Source: a virus (Duplodnaviria > Caudoviricetes). Taken from it: 64,000 nucleotides of DNA. The stretch lies in the IMG/VR virus record IMGVR_UViG_3300037475_000162, positions 888 through 64,887 of that record; one strand, written 5' to 3'. Each line of letters starts with the position of its first letter. Positions within the stretch are counted from its first letter, which is position 1. A program made the translations under genes and the position numbers. The notes under the pieces are model-generated. The model saw nothing but the letters and a program-made list of their open reading frames with translations, was not told the DNA's origin and did not search any database. Positions 54,021-61,347 of this stretch are shown one piece after another.

Positions 54021-54424
54021 AGATCTTCCTCAGCAGCAGATACTCTCGCCGCCTTGAGATGTGCGACGTGCGGGAAGTGCTGGAGGCGAAAGGCCACACG
54101 GTCACAAGCCGCTGGCTCGACACCATGTGGCGCGAAACCGACGAGCACGGGAGCGCGTCGGCCCCGCCTGCACACCGTGCGGAGTACGCCGTCAAGGACC
54201 TCGAAGACGTGGCCGCGGCCCAGTGCCTGATCGCCTTCACCGAACCGCCGCGCAGCAACGGCCGCGGCGGACGGCACGTGGAACTGGGCGCCGCGCTGGC
54301 GCTGGGCAAGCGGGTCGTGGTGGTTGGGTTCCGGGAGAACCTCTTCTGCCACCATCCAGCCGTGGAGTTCTTCGACTCGGCCCAGATCATGCTGCACACC
54401 CTCTTCTTCCGTCCCCTGGAGTAA
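54017..54424 (+). CDS. Nucleoside 2-deoxyribosyltransferase-like protein
   Basis: MKIFLSS...TSRW...DLEDV..A..L...GGRHVELGAALALGK. Confidence 0.75.
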   Translation: MKIFLSSRYSRRLEMCDVREVLEAKGHTVTSRWLDTMWRETDEHGSASAPPAHRAEYAVKDLEDVAAAQCLIAFTEPPRSNGRGGRHVELGAALALGKRVVVVGFRENLFCHHPAVEFFDSAQIMLHTLFFRPLE

Positions 54425-54430
54425 CCTGTT

Positions 54431-54919
54431 ATGGCAACCGCCTCTCCCCTGAAACCGCCCATCGACGTCCTGGAGATCCCCCTCGAGGACCTGGTCCTGC
54501 CCCGCGGCGTCCTGCGCAAGCTCCAGGACGTCGGCTATCGCACGCTCGGCCAGCTGTGGAAGCTGGCCCCGTCGGGCCCCGACGAGCTGACCGAGGCCCT
54601 TGCGTCGATCAAGGGCATCACGGCCCAGAAGGCCGGCGAGGCCTCCGAGGCTGTCTGGGCGATGATCGCCGCCCGCGAGATCGCCGCCCGGCAGGATGGC
54701 GCAGAGCAGGCGCCTGCACCCGCCGCCGACGGCGCCCCCTTCGACGCGCTCCTGGCCGAGATCATGCCGCCGGAGTGGGCCCAGGCGCTGGACCGCGCCG
54801 GCATGGTCACCATCCAGGATGCCCGCGACGCCGCGGCGATGGCGCAGACGCCGCTGGCGCTGGAACTGGCGAAGCACCCAATTGGAGGAAGACCATGCAG
54901 CCAACGCCTGAAGACATGA
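54431..54919 (+). CDS. RNA polymerase alpha-CTD-like / HhH protein
   Basis: LEIPLEDLVL...LRKLQDVGYRTLGQL...LASIKGI..KAGE; second degenerate copy ALDRAGMVTIQD. Confidence 0.6.
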   Translation: MATASPLKPPIDVLEIPLEDLVLPRGVLRKLQDVGYRTLGQLWKLAPSGPDELTEALASIKGITAQKAGEASEAVWAMIAAREIAARQDGAEQAPAPAADGAPFDALLAEIMPPEWAQALDRAGMVTIQDARDAAAMAQTPLALELAKHPIGGRPCSQRLKT

Positions 54920-55158
54920 GCCGCGATCTTGTGGCCGACCTCGCCGTGATCGAGGCAAGGCCGCAGGATGTGGCTGGTATCACAGCAAAACTGATCTGCC
55001 GGGAGCAGGCGTGCCCCGCCGCGATCCGCCGCGCCTGGGCGGCCGAGGCGATCCTGGCGCGGCTGGTCGAATATTGCCCCAGAGGGAACGACGACGTGGG
55101 CGCTCTGTGGCAGATCGTCCAGGACGCCCGGGTGCTGCTGGGGAAGGAGCAGTCATGA
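54895..55158 (+). CDS. Hypothetical protein
   Basis: GGAGG ribosome-binding site. Confidence 0.5.
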   Translation: MQPTPEDMSRDLVADLAVIEARPQDVAGITAKLICREQACPAAIRRAWAAEAILARLVEYCPRGNDDVGALWQIVQDARVLLGKEQS

Positions 55159-55400
55159 TCCCCACCCAGGAGCTGCTCGACGCCGTCCGCGCCGTCTTTC
55201 GCGACGAGCTGGACACGTCCGCCTTCCTCGAAGACGCCGCGCGCTGGGAGAAGATCGCGCTGCAGGCCCGCGAAATTCGCCGGCTGCGCGCCGAGCTGCG
55301 GACGCTCCGGCGGATGCTGCTGGGGTTTGCGGAGCGGATTTATCTCCAATCGGAACTGCTGAGCCGGAAGGCGGAGAAGGTGGACGCCGGCAGGGAGTAA
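55155..55400 (+). CDS. Hypothetical coiled-coil protein
   Basis: AAGGAG ribosome-binding site; ATGA overlap. Confidence 0.5.
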   Translation: MIPTQELLDAVRAVFRDELDTSAFLEDAARWEKIALQAREIRRLRAELRTLRRMLLGFAERIYLQSELLSRKAEKVDAGRE

Positions 55401-55404
55401 CGCC

Positions 55405-55743
55405 ATGACCCAGAAAGAACACGCCAAACTGATCCAGCTTCTCGACCAACCCGGCGCCGTCCAGGTCGCAGTGCGCCACCTCTGGCAGCGCCACGTTCAA
55501 TTTCTCGCCGTCGTGCAGATCGTCCGCGAGCTGGAAGACATCCATGCCCGCACGCGGTTGTGTCAGCTCAAAAAGCTGATCCAGCAGGCCTGGGACCGCA
55601 TCGAGAGTCGCCACGAACGCTCGGGGGCCCCGATGCCTCCCGAGATTTGCGAGGCGCAGGACGATTTCCGACGTGCGATCCGTGACTGGTTTTCGCTGGA
55701 CTGCACTTGCAGCGCCTGTCAGTCCAGCGACCCAAAAGAGTAG
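55405..55743 (+). CDS. Hypothetical protein
   Basis: GGGAG ribosome-binding site. Confidence 0.5.
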   Translation: MTQKEHAKLIQLLDQPGAVQVAVRHLWQRHVQFLAVVQIVRELEDIHARTRLCQLKKLIQQAWDRIESRHERSGAPMPPEICEAQDDFRRAIRDWFSLDCTCSACQSSDPKE

Positions 55744-55912
55744 CGCCGCGCACGGACCGCGCGGCGGGGCGTCAGGACGACGCGCGCAGGGCCGGGGTCA
55801 TGGCCGGGATTGATACCTGACCATTTCCGCGCGCCGTCCGTCGAACTGCTGCCGCGGCGCGGGAACAGCAGAGGGAGGATGGCTGCGAAGCTGGCGTTTG
55901 GACAGTCACCAC

Positions 55913-55949
55913 GGTAGACTACGGTACTCTAGTATGGTAGACTATCGGC
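55913..55949 (+). promoter_or_regulatory. Promoter/operator for an apparently leaderless XRE gene
   Basis: TAGACT-N17-TAGACT with extended TG; ATG 6 nt downstream; GGTAGACTA direct repeat. Confidence 0.55.
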
Positions 55950-56246
55950 ATGAGCGACACACCATCTATCCCTGAGTCCTACTTCTCCCGGCGACTGGTC
56001 GAGTTGCGCGAGGCTCGCGGCCTGAGCCGCTACCGGCTGGCGCAGCTTGCCACCGCGGCCGGTTATCCGATTACGGACGCCGCGCTCGCCAAGCTGGAGC
56101 GCGACAGCCGGCCCTATCTGGAGACGGCCGCTGCACTGGCCGCCGCACTTGGCGTCCAGATCGCCGAACTTGTTGACCCGGACCGTTTTCCGCAGGCCGA
56201 AAAGAAAAGCGGAAAAAATCCGAAGAAAATGCAAAACTGCGGTTGA
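55950..56246 (+). CDS. XRE-family HTH repressor
   Basis: RLVELREARGLSRYRLA...LAKLE...P....A.ALA.ALGV...L. Confidence 0.88.
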   Translation: MSDTPSIPESYFSRRLVELREARGLSRYRLAQLATAAGYPITDAALAKLERDSRPYLETAAALAAALGVQIAELVDPDRFPQAEKKSGKNPKKMQNCG

Positions 56247-56271
56247 CTACGATACCGCAGTAGCGTATCAT
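56241..56271 (+). promoter_or_regulatory. Near-consensus sigma70 promoter with an operator-like copy
   Basis: TTGACT-N17-TATCAT; GGTTGACTACGATAC matches GGTAGACTACGGTAC at 55913 (13/15). Confidence 0.7.
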
Positions 56272-56337
56272 TGAGCATGTGAGACAACGAGGACGCCGGC
56301 CCGCAACACGCGGCCGGCAGACGAAGGAGACGAGACG

Positions 56338-56595
56338 ATGGCGATTCCAATTCCGTGCGGCCCAGGGCGCATACAACTCAGCGATGGCCGGATCGTGGAT
56401 GTCCCTCCGCGATCCCACCAGATCGCAGAGGAGGTGCGGATTCGCTGGACTGACCACCGGTTTACCCCGCCGTTGGTCAGCGAGCATATCGCGTTCGGCT
56501 GCTCGCGCAGCGAGCCGGCGTGCTGGATCACCCAGCGGCCGAACGGCACGCGATTGTGGATCTTGTGCAGCGAGTGCGAGGTTGTCTCCTCCTGA
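56338..56595 (+). CDS. Small hypothetical protein (array gene 1)
   Basis: AAGGAG ribosome-binding site. Confidence 0.6.
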   Translation: MAIPIPCGPGRIQLSDGRIVDVPPRSHQIAEEVRIRWTDHRFTPPLVSEHIAFGCSRSEPACWITQRPNGTRLWILCSECEVVSS

Positions 56596-56680
56596 CCCCC
56601 TCCCCCCGCCTCCCCGGACGTTCCGGGGCGGCGGGATCGAGACGCCTGATGAGTGACCCCCATCTCTGGAGACGAGAGCG

Positions 56681-56893
56681 ATGGACGAGCACTTCCTGGT
56701 TCTCCGCCGAGAGTTCGGCGGAAACTCTGGCCCGGGAAATGGGTGGGCGGCCCGGGACGAGGTGCAGATTATGGCTGCTGCGCGCACGGAGGCGGCGGCC
56801 CGCCGCCTCCAGAAGAACCTCGGCGGCTGGGTCGAGCGGGCCAAGGGTCCGCTCCGGAAATACGAGAGGAACGAATTCCTCCGGTACTGCTGA
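56681..56893 (+). CDS. Small hypothetical protein (array gene 2)
   Basis: Stop codon abuts repeat 1. Confidence 0.55.
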   Translation: MDEHFLVLRREFGGNSGPGNGWAARDEVQIMAAARTEAAARRLQKNLGGWVERAKGPLRKYERNEFLRYC

Positions 56894-56947
56894 CCCCACC
56901 CCTTCGCCCGCCGCGCCGGCCGGTTGCCGGCAGGGAGGATTCAGACG

Positions 56948-57367
56948 ATGGCAAAGGAACTGGAGATCGTCGCAGCGTCCTACCGGCGCGGCTTCACCGG
57001 CCGCGACCACCTTCTTGACGACGACGATTTCCGGCCCATCGTTGGCCGGATCTTCAGCAGCGAGGCGAAAGCCTACGCTGCCGCCGAAAAACTCAAGCGG
57101 AGTGGGGCGCCCGTCAGTCTGGTGCTGGTCGCGCCCAAGGAGCCGACCAGCGACTATTCCGGGGTGACCAGGGTGGCCGTGTCGTGGATCGGGTCGATCC
57201 ACGACGGATATTACGACGCGGAGGTTTGGGCGGGCGATCAGCAACTTGACGGCCCGTCGAATCCCCTCTTCCCGGTCGGCGTTCGCGACCGGGAATACGG
57301 CTACACAGACGAGTTGCGTCGGGAGTTGCGCCGGGCGTTCCCGCGGGCAGAAATCGATATCCGCTGA
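56948..57367 (+). CDS. Hypothetical protein (array gene 3)
   Basis: ATG right after repeat 1; stop before repeat 2. Confidence 0.7.
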   Translation: MAKELEIVAASYRRGFTGRDHLLDDDDFRPIVGRIFSSEAKAYAAAEKLKRSGAPVSLVLVAPKEPTSDYSGVTRVAVSWIGSIHDGYYDAEVWAGDQQLDGPSNPLFPVGVRDREYGYTDELRRELRRAFPRAEIDIR

Positions 57368-57423
57368 GTGACCCCCTTCGCCCACCGCGCCGGCCGGCAG
57401 CCGGCAGGAAGGATTGAGGCGAT

Positions 57424-57645
57424 ATGTGGGAGATCGAAGAACTGACCGAATCGGGCCAGTATTCCGGCGAGGGGATCGCCGATGGATCGACGACGGTGAG
57501 CCTCTACGACGCCGTCGCCATGATCGCGGATTTGGGACGGGACGGCGACTTTCGCGTCCTCTCCGAAGGAGAGGAAGCCTGGTCGGGCACTCGCGCCGAA
57601 GCGAACGAGTGGTGCGATGAGATGCTCGCCGCCAGGGGCCGCTGA
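57424..57645 (+). CDS. Small acidic protein (array gene 4)
   Basis: Bounded by repeats 2 and 3. Confidence 0.7.
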   Translation: MWEIEELTESGQYSGEGIADGSTTVSLYDAVAMIADLGRDGDFRVLSEGEEAWSGTRAEANEWCDEMLAARGR

Positions 57646-57698
57646 CCCACGCCCCCTTCGCCCACCGCGCCGGCCGGCAGCCGGCATGGAGGATTGAG

Positions 57699-57980
57699 AT
57701 GATGCCGACGACGGCCGATATCGCCTCCCTCTGCGCCGCCATCGACGCCGGGGACGCCGCCTGCCTGCCGATTCTGGCGGACGCCCTGGAGGAGGCTGGC
57801 GATCCGCGGGCGGCGGGGCTGCGGCGCAGCAAACGCCCTGGGTGCAGCGTGGGGCACTACTCGGATTACGGCTGGTATTACAGCTATGTGGTGGGGTGCG
57901 GCGGGATCACCCCGCCGACCTACTACCCCACCCGCCATGAGGCCTTCCTCGCCCTGGCGGCGGCGCTGGCCGACGTGTAA
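57699..57980 (+). CDS. TIGR02996-like protein (array gene 5)
   Basis: LCAAIDAGD..CLPILADALEEAGDPRA. Confidence 0.7.
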   Translation: MMPTTADIASLCAAIDAGDAACLPILADALEEAGDPRAAGLRRSKRPGCSVGHYSDYGWYYSYVVGCGGITPPTYYPTRHEAFLALAAALADV

Positions 57981-57992
57981 AGGAGATACGCT

Positions 57993-58502
57993 ATGGTGCT
58001 GACGGCCGATATCGCCTCCCTCTGCGCCGCCATCGACGCCGGGGACGACGGCGCCCTGCCGATCCTGGCGGACGCCCTGGAAGAGGCTGGGCTGCTGCCG
58101 GAGATGTGCCTGTCCATCTGCATCCCGGAGGACAACCCCCACGGGCAGAATGCCGAATTCGACGTGCGGCCTGAAGGGGAACCCCACGCGCACGGCCGGC
58201 GTCTCGCGGCCCCGGGCCGGCCCTTCGACGGCGACGAAGGGCGCGCCAGCGGGGGCGGCCGGACCGGCTACTACGAGCCGGACGAGTGGCTCGTCCCCGA
58301 GGCGGCCGCTCGCCTCGTCTGGTCGTCATGGTCCGATGACGGCGACGGGACATACGCCTCCCTCACGGAGTGTCTGGCGTTCGTGCGGGAATATCGCGGC
58401 CGGCCCGGCGACTTCCCCGGGCTGGCCGAACATTACCCCCATGCCGCAGCTGCGTACAGGGCGGCCGCCGTGGCCGCCTACCAGGAGTCCGCCCATGGCT
58501 GA
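57993..58502 (+). CDS. Paralogue with the same N-terminus and an unrelated C-terminus (array gene 6)
   Basis: AAGGAG ribosome-binding site; first ~90 nt nearly identical to the 57699 ORF. Confidence 0.7.
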   Translation: MVLTADIASLCAAIDAGDDGALPILADALEEAGLLPEMCLSICIPEDNPHGQNAEFDVRPEGEPHAHGRRLAAPGRPFDGDEGRASGGGRTGYYEPDEWLVPEAAARLVWSSWSDDGDGTYASLTECLAFVREYRGRPGDFPGLAEHYPHAAAAYRAAAVAAYQESAHG

Positions 58503-58932
58503 GCCCCTCGTCCCTCGCGACCCGCTGGGCATACCCCGGCGGGTACTCTTCCGCTGCTGCGCGGACGTGCTGTTCGCGCAGGCCGACCGCCTGCGTTCGC
58601 TCACGCCCTCCCGGTCGGGAGGCCGGCGCGGCCCAGGCGCGTACGCCGGCGCGGCGGCCAAGGTCGAGGCGCGCCGGCGCATCGCCCAGAACCTGGCGGC
58701 GCACGCCGTGCGCCTCCGCGCGATGGACCGGGACGCCCTGGCCCTGGCCGGCCCCACCGTTGACGCCGCCGTGGCCGGCTACCTGCTGGCGTGGTGCGCC
58801 GGGGCGGAGGAGATGTGGCGGGAGCTGGACCTGGAGCTCCTGGAGCAGTACGGGCGCAGTCCGCTGCCGAGCCTGGATCGGCACGACCTGAGCGGGGTGT
58901 GCCAGGCCGTGGCGGATGCGTGCCGGGAGTGA
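58495..58932 (+). CDS. Hypothetical protein
   Basis: AGGAG ribosome-binding site; overlap. Confidence 0.55.
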   Translation: MAEPLVPRDPLGIPRRVLFRCCADVLFAQADRLRSLTPSRSGGRRGPGAYAGAAAKVEARRRIAQNLAAHAVRLRAMDRDALALAGPTVDAAVAGYLLAWCAGAEEMWRELDLELLEQYGRSPLPSLDRHDLSGVCQAVADACRE

Positions 58933-58989
58933 GTCGCCCGACGTATATCATGTGCGGCCCACTGTTGGCCGCGAGAAAAGGAGACGGCA

Positions 58990-59178
58990 ATGGCAATTCC
59001 CGAGCGCGTCCTCAAAGCGGCGCGCGACGACAGCAAGCAGCTCTGGGAGGTGACCGAGTGGCAGGGTGGTGTGCTTGTGCGCATCGTCACCACAGAGGAG
59101 TACCGTTACGCCGCGATGGTCGCGGCAGACATGCGCCGTGCGGGGTTTGCTGCGGGTATTCGGCCTGCGGTGAGCTAG
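58990..59178 (+). CDS. Small hypothetical protein
   Basis: AAGGAG ribosome-binding site. Confidence 0.55.
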   Translation: MAIPERVLKAARDDSKQLWEVTEWQGGVLVRIVTTEEYRYAAMVAADMRRAGFAAGIRPAVS

Positions 59179-59375
59179 CCCTGCCCCTCTCTCCAGCCTC
59201 TCCTTCGCGGGGAGGCTGGGTGCGTTTCCGCCCCCTCCCCTCCTTTCCCATTCTTCCGCGCGGTACAATCCATCTGTCGGTGTCCTGTCCACGCCGCTTG
59301 GCGTCAATGCAGGACGCGCGTTCTCCCCCGCGCCAGTCTGGGATCTCCACTCCCCTCCGCGAGGAGACGCGCGCC

Positions 59376-59888
59376 ATGTCCGCACCTGGCTCTTCCCCCG
59401 CGCCCGGACCGCGCCCCGAAGTCACACGCCCTGACGCCCTGGCTCACCTCGACCTCGTCCACCACGGCGTCCGCCGCTACCGGCGGCGCTACCGCAGCAC
59501 GGTAACCGGCGAGGACCTCTTCCAGGAGGCCGCCGTGGCCGTCCTGCTGGCGCTGGCCGCGTACGATCCGCCGGCGCACGGCCCGATCGACGACTACATC
59601 TCGCGCAAGGTCGCCAGCCGGCTGCGCAGCTACTGCCGCCGCGAGGCCCGCCAGGCCGTCCGCGAGCAGCCGCTGGACGACGCCGCGGGCCCGGACGCCA
59701 GCGACGTCCGCGGCGAGGTCCTGGCGCTGGCGTCCGCCGTGCTGCCCGACGAGCAGCGAGAGATCGTCTGTCTGCTCATCGACGGCTGGACGGTGGCGCA
59801 AATCGCCGAGCTGCTCGGCTCTCCCGAGGGTACGATTCGCTGGCTGAAGGCCGAGGCCTTTGCCCGGCTGCGTGCGGCCGACGAATAA
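59376..59888 (+). CDS. Sigma-70/ECF-type sigma factor, candidate late-gene activator
   Basis: Region 2 LV...RRY...EDLFQEA..A.L; region 4 LPDEQREIV.L...GWT..QIAELLG..EGTIR. Confidence 0.8.
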   Translation: MSAPGSSPAPGPRPEVTRPDALAHLDLVHHGVRRYRRRYRSTVTGEDLFQEAAVAVLLALAAYDPPAHGPIDDYISRKVASRLRSYCRREARQAVREQPLDDAAGPDASDVRGEVLALASAVLPDEQREIVCLLIDGWTVAQIAELLGSPEGTIRWLKAEAFARLRAADE

Positions 59889-60007
59889 TTTTGCGAATCG
59901 CGCCAACACTTTTGCCCCGATCCTGTCCCTATATCTGTGGAGCAACAGAGAAGAGAATAAGCCACAAGGCTAGTCGCGTAAGAAATGCGCGCCGAGAGGA
60001 ACCCCGC

Positions 60008-61099
60008 ATGACCGCACGTCGCAAGACCGGCGCTCGCCCTTCCCCGCGGCACGTCCTGGCCGGCGCCACCCCTCACCGGATCGTCGGCGCCACTCCGGCA
60101 GCGTGGATTCAACTTCCGCAGAAGCTCTCCATGTGGCTCAACGACGTGGACGGCGACTGCGTGACGGCGGAAGAGGCGTTCGCTCGCGCCTGTTCCGGCA
60201 TCCTGATTGCCGACGCCACCGTGCAGGCCTGGGCGTCGGCCCACGGCGTTCTCAACGGCGCCGACCTGGCCGAAGTCCTCGACTGGATGGCGCAGAAGGG
60301 CTTTGCCCAGGACGGCAACCTCTACGGCGCCGGCGGCAAGTCGTCCATCGACTACACCAGCGCCGCCGTGCTGCAAAACGCGATCTATCACGGCCCCGTC
60401 AAGATCGGCGTCGCTGCGGCTCAGCTCCAGAACGTGGTGGGCAACGGCAACGGCTGGTTCGCCGTGGGCTTCAGCACGGATCAGAACCTCGACCACTGCG
60501 TCTCGCTGTGCGGCTACGGTACGCTGTCCTGGCTCGCCCAGCAGCTCGGCGTCTCGGTCCCCGCCGGCATCGACGGGACGAAGCAGGGCTACGCCCTCTT
60601 TACCTGGGACACGGTCGGAATCATCGATGCGGCCAGCATGGTCGCCATCACCGGGGAGGCCTGGCTGCGGACTCCGACCACGGTTGTCGTCGGCGCCAAC
60701 CCGGTTCCGGCCGATCCGGTGTACACGCCGGTTCCGCTTCCGCCCGCGCCTCCAATCCCGGTTCCTCCCGTGCCGGTTCCCGCCGGCCCAACGGAGGAGC
60801 AGGTGCAGGGGGCGGTTGACGCCCTCTGGGCGCACCACCGGCTGGTGAGCAAGGCGCAGATCGACCAGGCGATTCAGCAGGTCTTTGCGGCGCACGCCCC
60901 CGCGGCGGCCGGCTTCGCCCTGCCGTCGATCGATTGGCGGAGTATCGAAGAGCAGGTTCGCGCCTGGATCGCGGAGTTCGGCCCGCTCGCGAAGCCCGCG
61001 ATTCTGCAAGCCATCGACGCCTCGTCCATGAGCGCCGCGGAGAAGATGCTGGCGACGTCGCTGGTCAACTACCTGCTGCCGGGAAGCGCGGCGGCCTGA
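60008..61099 (+). CDS. Papain-like cysteine peptidase with a Pro-rich linker
   Basis: LNDVDGDCV.A (catalytic Cys), DHCV.LCGY (His), FTW. Confidence 0.6.
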   Translation: MTARRKTGARPSPRHVLAGATPHRIVGATPAAWIQLPQKLSMWLNDVDGDCVTAEEAFARACSGILIADATVQAWASAHGVLNGADLAEVLDWMAQKGFAQDGNLYGAGGKSSIDYTSAAVLQNAIYHGPVKIGVAAAQLQNVVGNGNGWFAVGFSTDQNLDHCVSLCGYGTLSWLAQQLGVSVPAGIDGTKQGYALFTWDTVGIIDAASMVAITGEAWLRTPTTVVVGANPVPADPVYTPVPLPPAPPIPVPPVPVPAGPTEEQVQGAVDALWAHHRLVSKAQIDQAIQQVFAAHAPAAAGFALPSIDWRSIEEQVRAWIAEFGPLAKPAILQAIDASSMSAAEKMLATSLVNYLLPGSAAA

Positions 61100-61112
61100 C
61101 GCGGGAGCGTCC

Positions 61113-61322
61113 ATGAGCCTCACCGACGCCGGCCTGGCCGTCTTCGTCGTGGTCGTCGTCCTCGACGCGTTCGGCCTGCTGCTGGATCTGGCAATCCTCC
61201 TGGAGTACGGCCTCGAAGCCACGATCACGCGGCGGGTGAGACGGCGGCCCGTCCTGGGCCTGCCCATCGTTGCCGCGCAGATCGCGGCGGCGGCGGGGAT
61301 CGTGGTCCACCTGTACGGGTAG
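61113..61322 (+). CDS. Small two-TM protein (holin-like)
   Basis: Two hydrophobic segments around RRVRRR. Confidence 0.5.
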   Translation: MSLTDAGLAVFVVVVVLDAFGLLLDLAILLEYGLEATITRRVRRRPVLGLPIVAAQIAAAAGIVVHLYG

Positions 61323-61347
61323 GAGTCTCACGGGGCGAGGGCAGGGG

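Larger units (their letters stand above)
56899..57698 (+). repeat. Three ~46-bp intergenic direct repeats (56899-56944, 57373-57418, 57653-57698)
   Basis: CCCCTTCGCCCRCCGCGCCGGCCGG(TT/CA)GCCGGCA...AGGATTSAG, each between a TGA and the next ATG. Confidence 0.92.

Noticed and set aside
56899..57698. CRISPR array interpretation of the three direct repeats
   Set aside because: The intervening sequences are ~230-430 bp complete ORFs, not 30-40 bp spacers, and no cas genes are seen
57699..58090. Diversity-generating retroelement TR/VR pair
   Set aside because: No reverse transcriptase; the duplication lies at gene 5' ends and differences are not adenine-specific
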